This document shows, in pieces, positions 13,613-25,876 of a stretch of DNA of 64,000 bases; within the stretch, counting starts at the first letter, position 1, and every line of letters begins with the position of its first letter. The position numbers were made by a program, and so were the translations under genes. The stretch is taken from NCBI GenBank assembly GCA_964016885.1, contig OZ024757.1, positions 6,200,001 to 6,264,000 on the forward strand, written 5' to 3'. The DNA is from Eledone cirrhosa (lineage: Eukaryota). The notes under the pieces are model-generated. The model made no database searches, was not told where the DNA came from, and saw nothing but the letters and a program-made list of their open reading frames with translations.

Positions 13613-14154
13613 GACGACCACATTATATTGTAGACTATAGGCTGGGATGGGGGAGGTGCATGGGATTGATCTAATGTGGGGCACTTATCTGGTGAACGGT
13701 GGAGTGTTAGGGTGTATGTGGAGTGTTAGGACATGGGTAGAGGGAAGTGTGTTAGGCCATGGGAATTGGGGGAAAGGGGGAAGCATGGTAGGATGTGCAT
13801 ACTAGATGTATACTTTAACCATGCCTATTGGAGGGCAAGTCCTCAGTATAACTACATAACACCAGTTATCTCAATCCTGTGTCATCATTTTTAAGATCAG
13901 CTTTCATCACCTCTGTCCAGGTCTTTCTTGGTCTACCTCTACTGTAGCTTCGTTCCACTGGGATTCCCTGGCACTTCTTCACCCAATGATCATCATCTAT
14001 GTACACCAAATATCCGTACCAACACAGTCTTCTGTCTTGCACACCACTTCGGATTCCTCTTAAACCCAGTTTCTCCCTCAGTTCATCCAAGCTCTGTCTT
14101 TCTTCCACATCCACTGAAGCATGGCTGCTTCATTTCTTTCAAGACAATACATAT

Positions 14155-14466
14155 CCTCGGCAGTCACTGCCCATGTTTCACTACCATGTAGCACCACATT
14201 TCCTCTGCAGTCACAGCCCATGTTTCACTACCATGTAGCACCACATGTCCTCGGCAGTCACTGCCCATGTAGCACCACATAGCCTCTGCAGTCATTGCCC
14301 ATGTTTCACTACCATGTAGTACCACATGTCCTCTGCAGTCACAGCCCCTGTTTCACTACCATGTAGCACCACATATCCTCTGCAGTTACTGCCCATGTTT
14401 CACTACCATGTAGCACCACATGTCCTCTGCAGTCACAACCCATGTTTCACTACCATGTAGCACCAC
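14155..14466. repeat. ~47-bp tandem repeat (~7 copies) derived from RTE coding sequence
   Basis: CAGTCAC.GCCCATGTTTCACTACCATGTAGCACCACAT is the reverse complement of the VLHGSETWAVTAED segment. Confidence 0.9.
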
Positions 14467-14884
14467 CATTCACACACAAACATCATACAGTCATCCTTTT
14501 GTACATAGGGAGGAAACTTTTATCAACAGTGGGAGTAGCTTTCTAAACTTCCCCCATCCTCTCCTTATTCTAGCTATTATGTTCTCAGGGTTCCCTCCTC
14601 TGCTGCTAATTAAGTCACCTAGATAACAGAGGCTATCAACCACTTCTATGGATCCTTCCCGTCATTGGAATAGGCTTATATCATTGGTGCCCTTCTCCTC
14701 AATTACCCCTGTGTATCTTTTACATACAAACTCTTCCCTTCCTGTTAGCCAACCCGATATCCCACTACATCACTTGTGTATCCAAGATTTACATTGTGTA
14801 CATTGTATAGAGTTTATACCTACATTGTGTACATTGTATAGAGTTTATGCCTACTTCTTTTATAAATATTGAACAGGGCCACTT

Positions 14885-16801
14885 TTGAGATGTTGAAAGT
14901 ATCTGGAATGGTGGGACATACTATGGACACCCAGATAGTAAACCAAGTAATACAGAATGGGCTCATACCAAATGACTGGCATAGCAGCATCATCGTTAAC
15001 TGCTACAAGGGCAAAGGAGATGCTCTGAATAGAGGAAACTATAGAGGAATTAAGGTAGTTGACCAGGTCATGAAGGTCACAGAAAGAGTTATAGCACAAC
15101 TAATCAGAGACAGAATTGATCGAGATGAAATGCAGTTTGGGTTTGTGCCAGGTAAAAAGTATCACAGATGCTATTTTCCTTGTACACCAACTACAGAAGT
15201 ACCCAGTTAAAAGTAAACCCCTTATACTTAGCTTTTGTTGACTTGGAGAAAGCCTTTGACAGAGTCCCCCACTCCATTATCTGGTGGACCCTTAGAAAAC
15301 TAGGAGTAAATGAATGGCTTGTGAGAGCTATACAAGCCATGTATAGAGGAACAGTCAGCAAGGTTAGAATTAACAATGAATATAGTGAAGAATTTAGTGT
15401 AAAAGTAGGGGTTCACCAAGGCCCCATCCTTAGCTTCGTCCTGTTTATTATTGCCCTTCAGGCTATAACAGAGGGGTTTAAGACCTGCTGCCCATGGGAA
15501 CTTCTATATGCAGATAATCTAACTCTCATAGCTGAATCTATGGCTGAACTACAGAAGAAATTCCAAAAATGGAAGCATGGCCTAGAATCAAAAGGCCTTA
15601 AAGTTAACTTGTCTAAGACTAAAGGTCTAGTATGTAGAAAAGAAAATAGGGCACCGGTGCCATGCTCAGTGTGTAGGAAAGGAGTAGTTAGAAATTCCAT
15701 TCTATGTCCCAAATACAAACTATGGGTACATAAAAGATGTAGTGAGATCACAAGTAAGCTATCTAAGAATGTAGATTTTATATGTGGCCGATGCTCAGGT
15801 GAAATAAGCAGCAAGTACCCACAGGATACTAGCACCTTCTACTGCCCAGATGGTTCTATAGAAATAGTGGACACTTTCAGTTGCCTTGGTGACAAAATCA
15901 GCAGTGGTGGAGGGTGCTCTGAAAGTGTAGTAGCCAGAGTTAGAACGTGATGGAAAAAGTTCAGAGAGCTAATACCGCTGCTAGACACAAAAAGTTTTTC
16001 TCTAAAAATGAAAGGCAGATTGTATAATGCCTGTATACGAACAGCAATGTTACATGGCAGTGAGTCAGGGGCATTGTGTGCAGAGGACCTGCTCAGATTG
16101 GAAAGGAACGAAGCATGCATGCTCCGTTGGACGTGTAATTGTAATATACATGAAAGGCAAAACATAATCGAACTAAGTGAGAATTAGGCATAAGAGGGAT
16201 CAGATGCTGTTTACTTGAGAGAAGACTACGTTGGTATGGTCATGTGATGCGCATGAAAGACGACAGCTTTATACAAAATGTGCAGGGTGATCAAAATTGA
16301 TAGAAGTTACGGAGTAGGTAGACCCAGAAAAACCTGGGATGACATAAAATCCAACCTTGCACACTTAAACCTCTCTTAGACAATGTCACTGGATTGAGAT
16401 CTATGGCACCACACAGTAACAGAGAAGAACTGCCTACCCTACATGCAAAGTTAACCTACAGTCAATAGGCCCCTCCTAATAAAATATACACCCAACTCAC
16501 AACCCTTACTCCATCCTCCCACTCCCACCAACACCACCCTGTCTCTGTAAAGTTATGTTGGTACCACAACATCCAGTCCAAACTAAAGAGGTAGTATAGG
16601 TGTCATCACGAAAAGACTCCCAGTCCACACTGGAAATGTGGTTGGTGTTAGGAAGGGCATCTAGCCGTAGAAAACCTGCCAGATACAGTCCTATACGAGT
16701 GAGACACGGTCACCTGATCAATCCTGCCTCAAGTGGGACAATTCCCGTCTAACCCATGCTAGTGTGGAAGATAGACATTAAATGATAATGATAATGATGA
16801 T
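14885..16801 (+). mobile_element. Decayed 5'-truncated RTE LINE, close relative of the intact copy
   Basis: NYRGIK, LAFVDLEKAFDRVP, ELLYADNL, frameshifts and stops, 3'UTR, (TGA/TAA)n tail. Confidence 0.93.
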
Positions 16802-17580
16802 ATATAGTGTATATAATAGTTGTAATGTCACTGGTGCTGATCTATATCAGCCTTTCCCTTGGACAACATGACATATAGTCTATATATATTGGACAATATT
16901 ATATATAGTGTATATGTGGTGTATATAGTAGTTGTGACAATATTCTATATACATATGTACACACACACTGACAAACATGTATATACATATAGAAGGGTCA
17001 GATGAGGAGTTCATAGACTGACCAAGTTACTCTCATGGAATGAGACAATGTATACGCACAAATATATAATATTTATATGTATACAAACACATATATATTG
17101 TATAGTGAAGTCATACATCATATGGTAATATCATGTTTTCAATTGTCAGTTAGGGAGGTACATTGTGTCCTTAAGCAAGACACATCATTCCACATGTCTC
17201 TAATCTCCACAGCTGAAAAAGACAAGTATCAGCTTTAGTTGGAGGTTTAGCATGGGTTGGATCATTCCCTGCCTCCAACATTTTCCCTGCAGCCACGAAC
17301 CCTGGCTTTACTACCTGCAATAGAGAGAAGAGGGAGATAGTTAAATACCGGGGCCTGACAAACCACCTCCTCTTTGTCCCCACACTTCTGATTTCCTTCT
17401 CAAAATTAGAAAGACAGCAGCCCACTTGAGGAAGTAGTCCCATGAGGTGGGGTGGATGTTGTAGTGGGTGTCTCTGGCTATTCTCTGTGGTAACACCTTT
17501 GTCATTTTGTCTGTAGGGTGGGGCTGAATCACAGCACAGACTGAAAAATAAAGTCTGTCCCTCTCCCGTTATTTTCGTTG

Positions 17581-17761
17581 AATTGGCAATATCGGTAGAG
17601 CGTCGGACGCCATGCTTTGTAGCATAGAGTTACCTCCCTTTATGATCTGAGTTCAAATCCCGCCAGAGTTAACTTTGCTTTTCATCCTTACGAGGTCGAT
17701 AAAATGAAGTACCAGTAATGCACTAGGATGATTGCTGGCCTTGTGCCCAAAGTAGAAACAA
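17581..17761 (+). mobile_element. tRNA-type SINE with 12-bp TSD
   Basis: TTATTTTCGTTG at 17569-17580 and 17762-17773; B-box-like GAGTTCAAATCCC; conserved body TTTCATCCTTACG.GGTCGATAAAAT.AAGTACCAG. Confidence 0.92.
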
Positions 17762-18280
17762 TTATTTTCGTTGTTTGATTCGTTTTTTTCTTTTTTTTCC
17801 ATTACTTAAATATTTTATTACCTTTAATAATGTGTTTTGGTTTAATATGAACAGTTATATAACATTAATAACGTTATTTATTCAAATCTGAATAAAGTAC
17901 TAGCATATCTATTGAACGTATGAATCTAAACTATAATAAAAGGAGGAGCGTGGGACTGCGTACGGTTTATAATTGTTTATCCCATTAGTAAAATAAGTTG
18001 GATTACTTTGAATAAATAATGAATGAATATTACATAATTTATCTACTAAATTTCGAGGCTGTTGATTAAATATATATTGTTTATTTAAAGATTCACTGCT
18101 TTAAAATTTCTGAAATGTCAACACTTCCGTTTGGCCATCACTTCAATAAACTATTAATTTTCTCCTAATGCAGTTTATATATAATATCGTCTTTTTTAAT
18201 GTATCATGGATTACGTTACTGATTACATAAGACAGTGTAACACGGTCTTCGTTCAATTTCTGTGTATTATATATTGTCAA

Positions 18281-18466
18281 GGTGATGGATTGGCAGTATC
18301 GGTAGAGGGTCGGACGCCATGCTTTGACGCATAGAGTTACGGCTCTTGCCATTCTGAGTTCAAATCCCGCCGAGTTTAACTTTGCTTTTCATCCTTACGG
18401 GGTCGATAAAATAAAGTACCAGTAATACACTGGTTATTTGCTGGCCTTGTGCCTAACTTAGAAACA
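18281..18466 (+). mobile_element. tRNA-type SINE with 15-bp TSD
   Basis: ATTATATATTGTCAA at 18266-18280 and 18467-18481. Confidence 0.93.
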
Positions 18467-18504
18467 ATTATATATTGTCAATTATGATTTTATTTGATGT
18501 ATCA

Positions 18505-18821
18505 TATCTACATGTATATATATATACTTGCGTATAATATCAATATACACACTACACATGCTAGCAGAAAACCACCCAATGGTAGCATGTGTAGTGTGTA
18601 TATTGATATTATACGCAGGTATATATATACATGTATCATATATACCTGCGTATAATATCAATATACACACTACACATGCTATCAGAAAACTACCCACAGG
18701 TAGCATGTGTAGTGTGTATATTGATATTATACGCAGGTATATATATACATGTATCATATATACCTGCGTATAATATCAATATACATACTACACATGCTAC
18801 CTTCGGGTGGTTTTCTGCTAG
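18505..18821. repeat. Alternating inverted-repeat array (five ~45-bp arms, ~118-bp period)
   Basis: GCGTATAATATCAATATACACACTACACATGCTA alternates with its reverse complement. Confidence 0.9.
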
Positions 18822-19536
18822 TTCATATAACGGAAGTTGTTTCTGAATGTATTAAATTATGTAGGGGACTTTTATGTCATAACACCGGTGTCAACTAGAC
18901 GGTGAAATATTACCATTTATATCAGCTCCATTGTTACAACTTAAACCTCATCTAATTTTATCTTTTATGGTGATTATTTCATATTAAGGTGGACGTTAAT
19001 GTTTGTAAATAACATAAGGTGACTTATTTACCTTATAGTTGTTGTTTTATCACCTGTATTATTAAATATTGAAGTGGTTGTTCAACATTTTACAGGACAG
19101 GAAAATATTATTTTAATCAGAAATCAGTGAACATTTAGTTTTTACTAACTTTTCTTGACTTTATATTTGGTCTTGACAACTAAAGTACTTATTATTTCGT
19201 TTTCCACCACAACACAAACATTGTGAACTTTTCTATCTGAAGTGAAATATCTTGATTTATTACAACACCTACACACATATTTCTACACACACAACACACG
19301 TCTATTTCTCTCTCTCTCATACCTACACACTGTATGTCTGTATATATATATGTATATATATTAACCTTTGTCTTTTGTAATTATGGATATTAAATCTCTT
19401 GTCACCTGAACTGTCCTCAATAACAAGAACCTTAACTATAGAAGTCTTATTCGTCTGTTTTATGAGCTGAGGATTTTATTGTGAATAGAGCTTCTCTCAC
19501 CTTAACAATAATAATAGTGGTATATTCCACAATAAT

Positions 19537-19568
<32 letters not shown>

Positions 19569-19797
19569 AGCACTTGCCTTTTCTTCATCCAAGATCAGTC
19601 TTACACTGACATATGTCTTATTACTTTACCAATTAAATGCTACATTACAACTTGTTGAAGAAGAAAACAGACTTCTGCAGTCTTTTATGGACCCTTTGTA
19701 TATTAGACTACATGGCATCTATTAACGATACCTACATTTCTTAATATATAAGTAAAAGTGATGAGGATCTTTTATGTAAAGATCACTAGCTAGAAAT

Positions 19798-20306
<509 letters not shown>

Positions 20307-20402
20307 ACCCCATCACTGTGAAATGTGAAACACAAATATACAGACACACTCTGGAATGAAGTGTATAAAATGTGAAGCTTGAAAAATCCTTATCTTATAT
20401 TT

Positions 20403-20862
20403 ATCATCATCATAAGTTAGACGGGTTGTCCTGTTGTGGGAAATGCCAGGTCAGGGAACTGATTTTGGCTTGATTTCTACAGCTGGATGCCCTTCCTAAA
20501 ACAAAACCTCATTTACAGTGAGTGCTGGGTGCTTTCTTTACCATGGTATCTACAAGACTACTTTACAGTGTGGGCTGGGTGATTTTTTGTCGTGATATCT
20601 CCATGACCATTTTTGCAGTGGGTAGGGATGGGGAGATATTGTCTATATGCTTCAGCTTGTACCCGTGTGAAGTTGGGTCTTCTGTATTACTGAGTGACAT
20701 CAGAGGTCACGGTCCTGTGTCATTGTATTTGAGAGGCACAATTGGGCAAGGTCAGCCTTTATCACCTCATCTCAGGTCTTCCTGGTTCTCCCCACCCCAT
20801 GGCTTACATCGACTTTTAGAACTCTGCACCTGTTAATGCAGCTGTCATCCTTCATACGCATC
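20403..20862 (-). mobile_element. Decayed RTE 3' end
   Basis: (CAT)n tail, CTGGATGCCCTTCCTA motif, C-terminal coding remnant. Confidence 0.75.
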
Positions 20863-20905
<43 letters not shown>

Positions 20906-21608
20906 CTCAATCAAACAAGAAACATACTGCCATATATTGAAGATTACTACAATAACTAGGGAGCCGAGGACAAGACATACCAGACATTCCTACCGAAGAA
21001 TGGATGCCCTGATGAGCTGGCTCCTGTGGTGGATACCTAAACATAGTAAGACCCTAGTGGGATGACTGAAAATGTCCTACATAGATCAGATGTCTAGGGA
21101 TGTTCAGCTGGGGATTAATGATCTCAAGAATGCCACAAAATAATATATATATATATTGATGAACATTTATTATTCTCCTTCTCTGGAAGAAATCACCTGT
21201 TCCAACCTGGTGAGTGAAGGGCTCCACCAAGCTTCAAATGCCCACAGTGACACCCCTATGACTCCATCAATATAAGAAAAACAAACAAGATTGATGTGTT
21301 TATATGTGTTATTTTACAAACACTAACTGGTTTATGTTTATATTTATGACAAAATATCCACATTTATGTGTAAATAAAAACAATTTTATAACTTTAATAT
21401 TTGTTGATGGTACTTTCATGACAGTTGAAATTATGACTCTTTTTAGAAATAATTCACATTTGAAAATACTTTACAACTTTCTTCTCTTGCCAAACAAAGG
21501 TTTGGTAGGACCCTTCAGTTGTGTCAAAGACATGACAACCTCTTTAGTACTGATGCCACAATAAAATACACTCAGTAGAATGTAGAATAACCACTGCCCC
21601 CTGGTTTG

Positions 21609-21654
21609 TAAAGACCTGTCCCACCCTTGCTAGCAAGGGTGGGACAGGTCTTTA
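21609..21654. repeat. 46-bp perfect palindrome made of RTE 3'-end sequence
   Basis: TAAAGACCTGTCCCACCCTTGCT|AGCAAGGGTGGGACAGGTCTTTA. Confidence 0.95.
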
Positions 21655-21800
21655 AATAATTGTTTCTACTTTTGGCACAAGGCCAGTAATTACCCAGTGC
21701 ATTACTGGTACTTTATTTTATCGACCCCGTAAGGATGAAAGGCAAAGTTAACCTCGGCGGGATTTGAACTCAGAATGGCAAGGGCCGTAACTATGCGTCT
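21655..21800 (-). mobile_element. tRNA-type SINE, 5'-truncated
   Basis: Reverse complement of 18330-18466. Confidence 0.9.
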
Positions 21801-22694
21801 GATCTATGATGTCATTGGTGCCAAGCTGTTTCAGCTATTCCCTTGGACAACATTATATATAATGTGTATGTAGTATATATATAGTTTATATATTGTCTAT
21901 ATGTAGCATATACTCTATATATAGTGTATATATTGTGTATATGTAGCACATACACTATATACATAGTATTTATATGTATAGTGTATATTTTGTGTATCAT
22001 CATTATATCTACTATTCCATGCTTGCAACAGTTGTACAGGTCCTTCTCAGCATAGCATCTCTCCACTAGATGCGTTCCTTCATCTCTTCCAGTTTTAGCG
22101 TTTTGAGTTCGGCTCTCACAACATTTGCCCCTGACTTTCTTGGTCATCCTCTACTCTGGTTTCCTTCCAAACATAGTTTCTGTAGGGTGGGGCTGAATCA
22201 CAGCTCAGACTGGAATATAGTGCCTGTCCCTTTCCCTCTACTATTAGTGACATTGCTTGATTCGTTTTCCTTCTTTTCGTTTCCATTTCTTAAATATTTT
22301 ATTACCTTTAATAATGTATTTTGGTTTAATATGAACAGTTATATAAAATTCCGAATGTTATTTACACAAATCTGAATAAAGATTAGCATATTGATTGAAA
22401 GTGTGAATTGATATAACGGAAGTTGTTTCTGAATGTATTAAATTATGTAGGGGACTTTTAAGTCATGTCACCATCTGGAAAAGGAAACACTGTCAACGAC
22501 ACCACGTACCTGCCATCTTAATTAATTAATCTAATTATATTTTATGTAGTAATTATCTCATGTTAAAGTGAAAGTTAATATTGTGTAGATAACATAGAGT
22601 GAGCTACATGTTTCAAGATAGGTGTTGCTACATGATTAAATATTTCATTTCATGTGAGAAATCTTTTACAGATAGTTTGGTACTTAATAAACAT

Positions 22695-22900
22695 ATATGT
22701 CTTCAGACTGGAGGAAAGAAACTTCCAGTGTGAAACATGTTGGACAACTTTTATTCAGAATTCTACTCGTGTTGACCACATAGTCAGACTGCAGAAAAAG
22801 GACCTTCCCCAGTGAAACATGTGGGAAATATTTTGTGACTAACAGTAACTTAGAAACACACACACTGGGGATAAAACTATTTAACTGTGAACCCTGAGAT
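22695..22900 (+). pseudogene. Decayed C2H2 zinc-finger paralogue
   Basis: CAGACTGGAGGAAAGAAACTTCCAGTGTGAAACATGT and GAAACATGTGGGAAATATTTT...CACACTGGGGATAAA remnants, downstream of a block duplicated from upstream of the 19798 gene. Confidence 0.7.
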
Positions 22901-23099
22901 ACCCTTCCTTTTACCAGTCTAAACTTATTGTCCACCAACTTCAAAAATGTAACCATAACACTTCTACAGACACAATTTCTTAAATATGTTTTTAACTGGA
23001 ATTAAAATCCTTTCCATGTCTAACTTTTGTCTTCCTAAAGTCATTTTTAATGATATAATTGCAAAATTCTTTTTCTTTTTTTCTTTGTGTGTAACAGCT

Positions 23100-23838
23100 A
23101 AAATTCTGTGTTGTAATGTGTAATTGAGGGACCCTCTATCATCTGAGGTAATGATATGTCTTGTCTCTATCACCTGAACTAATGCTGTGTCTTGTCTCAG
23201 ATATGTTAGAGGTCAACACCAACATTCCCTGTTGTAATGTGTGATTGAGGGACCCTCTATCACCTGAACTAATGCTGTATCTTGTCTCAGATATGTTAGA
23301 GGTCAACACCAACATTCCCTTTTGTAATGTGTGATTGAAGGACCCTCTATCACCTGAACTAATGCTGTATCTTGTCTCAGATATGTTAGAGGTCAACACC
23401 AACATTCCCTGTTGTAATGTGTGATTGAGGGACCCTCTATCACCTGAACTAATGCTGTATCTTGTCTCAGATATGTTAGAGGTCAACACCAACATTCCCT
23501 TTTGTAATGTGTGATTGAAGGACCCTCTATCACCTGAACTAATGCTGTATCTTGTCTCAGATCTGTTAGAGGTCAACACCAACATTCCCTGTTGTGGTGT
23601 GTAATTGAGAGACTCTATCACCTGAACTAATGCTGTCAGTGTCTTGTCTCAGATCTGTTAGAGGTCAACACCAACATTCCCTGTTGTGGTGTGTAATTGA
23701 GAGACTCTATCACCTGAACTAATGCTGTCAGTGTCTTGTCTCAGATCTGTTAGAGGTCAACACCAACATTCCCTGTTGTGGTGTGTAATTGAGGGACCCT
23801 CTATCACCTGAACTAATGCTGTCAGTGTCTTGTCTCAG
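23100..23838. repeat. 90-bp minisatellite, ~8 copies
   Basis: GACCCTCTATCACCTGAACTAATGCTG at 23251, 23341, 23431, 23521. Confidence 0.95.
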
Positions 23839-24797
23839 AAATATTACAAAGCAGCACCAACATTATCACATATTAAACTCATATTGTATGTCATTTAACA
23901 AGTGCTGCGTTATGGTTCAATTATTTAATGACAGCCAATCATATCACAATTATGTGTTTCAAGTGTGCTCATATTTTTGCCTATTATACTTCAGCTAAAC
24001 TGGGGTACACAATTTTATCCAACAGGTTTCAAGTACAGCCTTACAGCTACTGGAGTACACAATTATTTCTGTTGTTACATCCTCACTTTAGTTCTTCAGT
24101 TCATCAGTTCTACAGTTTTACAGTTCTTCAGTTCAACATTTCTCCAGATCAACAGTTCTCCAGTTCGACATTTCTACAGTTTATTGTGCTTTATTGTGTT
24201 GAAATAGAAATTTACAAATAACTGTTCCTAGTTCAATTCCTTACACATTTAATTGAAGGAGTGTATATGTCTTTTCCTGCTTTTTATATTCTGTCTTTTT
24301 AGCGTAAATCATTTATTAGGTTTTCATAACATATTAAATAAACTATATTTATCTCCTGAAATTCAATCTATTTGTGTTAAGTAAAGAGTTACATTTGAGG
24401 AATTTGTCCAGTCTGTGATTCCATATTTTTGTTATTTTCCCATCTAAATATCTGTTAAGAACACCATAAGTAATGATATCTTGAAAGTAGTTAGAAGAAA
24501 TCAAACACAAACACTTCATTGATATTTGAAATGTTTAAAATTCTATTGAACTTTTGTTGTTTTTAAAACTTGTGAGGCCCCAAAGGTTTTAATGGCTTCT
24601 TCAACACATCTCCCTCACTATCTTCCAGGTTAACCCTTTCTCCATTCTGTCCTTAGCCAGGAGCATGAGGCAACTGGTACCTGGGTTTCTGCAGGCCAGA
24701 GAGAATTTTGAGACACTGTCTTGGCTGGTATCATTGGGGTAGTGATAGTATAGGTTACTGAGTGTTGTTAGACACAGTAAATAATGGTATTTGATGT

Positions 24798-25272
24798 AGG
24801 CACAGGCCCAATAATATTGAGCGTGGGGAAAGTTAAATCAACCTCAGTGTATTACTGGTACTTTATTTTATCAACCCCGTATGGATGAAAGGGAAAGCTA
24901 CTCTCCGCATGATTTGAACTCAGTATGTAACAGGACATAACTATATGATGCAAAGCTTGTTGTCTGACGCTCTACCGATTACTGCCAATTTACTGCACTA
25001 GCCACACTAAATAAAAGTGTTTTGAGAAATTTGAAGCAACAAACTTGTTAAATCTCTATTTATTTGTAAATTAGGCTCAAGACCAGCAATTTTGGGGGAA
25101 GGGCAAAGTTTATTAAATCAACCGTAGTACATATAATATATTTTATCTAGCCTAGAAGAATAAAATATATAATTTACCTCAGTGGGATTTGAACTCAGAA
25201 TATTAAGAACCAGGACAAATACTGCAATGGTAGGTTATCTGACACTCTACCAATTCTGTCATTCTACCATCT
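24798..25272 (-). mobile_element. Two older tRNA-type SINE copies
   Basis: GATTTGAACTCAG (B box, reverse) at ~24911 and ~25186 with diverged body sequence. Confidence 0.75.
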
Positions 25273-25753
25273 TTGTTTAAATCTATATTAAAGTAAATGT
25301 AGAATATATTTGTCCTTCTACCGTTTGAAATTCTACTGAAATCATCTCAGAACAACACAGTAGTGTTTCAATAGAACTGTTATTTATTAAATCATTTATT
25401 TAAACCGTCCGTATCCGGCCAGAATTCTCTTAGATTTTCTGTTCTAACTGGCCCCAACAGGCTGCTCATGCTGATGTTAAGGTATTGTTCCCAAAATAAA
25501 TAATTTCAAAATCTCATAGATACAATATTTTGTGAGATAATTATGTTTACTGGGAAAATATAATAGTAAATATAGAGTAACGTTAATGATAAAGGCTTAA
25601 CTAAACCTAGAAGAAAACCAGACGTGACTGGATATTAATTCAGTGATTAGTGCTAAGGGAGACAACACCGTCTGGCTTAAATTAAGTCCCAGGTTGGTAT
25701 GGTCAGGTAAACTTACAATTAAAGGTTTTCCTGTTGTGACAATAAACTATAAT

Positions 25754-25756
<3 letters not shown>

Positions 25757-25847
<91 letters not shown>

Positions 25848-25876
25848 TATATATATATTATATAAGTATATATATA
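25757..25876. repeat. (TA)n tract with AAGT interruptions, left flank of the RTE
   Basis: The same TATATAAGTATATA pattern resumes at 29590-29758, on the right of the element. Confidence 0.9.

Larger units (their letters stand above)
12215..14882 (-). mobile_element. Decayed 5'-truncated RTE LINE containing two internal minisatellites
   Basis: (CAT)n tail at ~12215-12240, 3'UTR motif, then GRPRKTW, RRLCWYG and Cys-rich remnants up to ~14882. Confidence 0.85.

Noticed and set aside
16995-17070. CAGATGAG...GAGACAATGTA, reminiscent of the family C hammerhead
   Set aside because: Both core boxes deviate from consensus and the stems do not close.
17171-17443. Minus-strand 90-aa ORF with an acceptor-like site
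   Set aside because: Overlaps a SINE-like core (TGTGTCCTTAAGCAAGACAC) on the plus strand; no recognisable domain.
18281-18466. tRNA gene
   Set aside because: B-box-like motif present but no cloverleaf; multi-copy with TSDs, so a SINE.
21001-21085. CTGATGAG...GAAA hammerhead-like motif in a TA-flanked island
   Set aside because: Could not build convincing stems I and II; at most a decayed copy.
23139-23621. 160-aa ORF with 30-aa repeats
   Set aside because: Product of a 90-bp minisatellite; adjacent units have 4-bp indels that break the frame, and no domain is recognisable.
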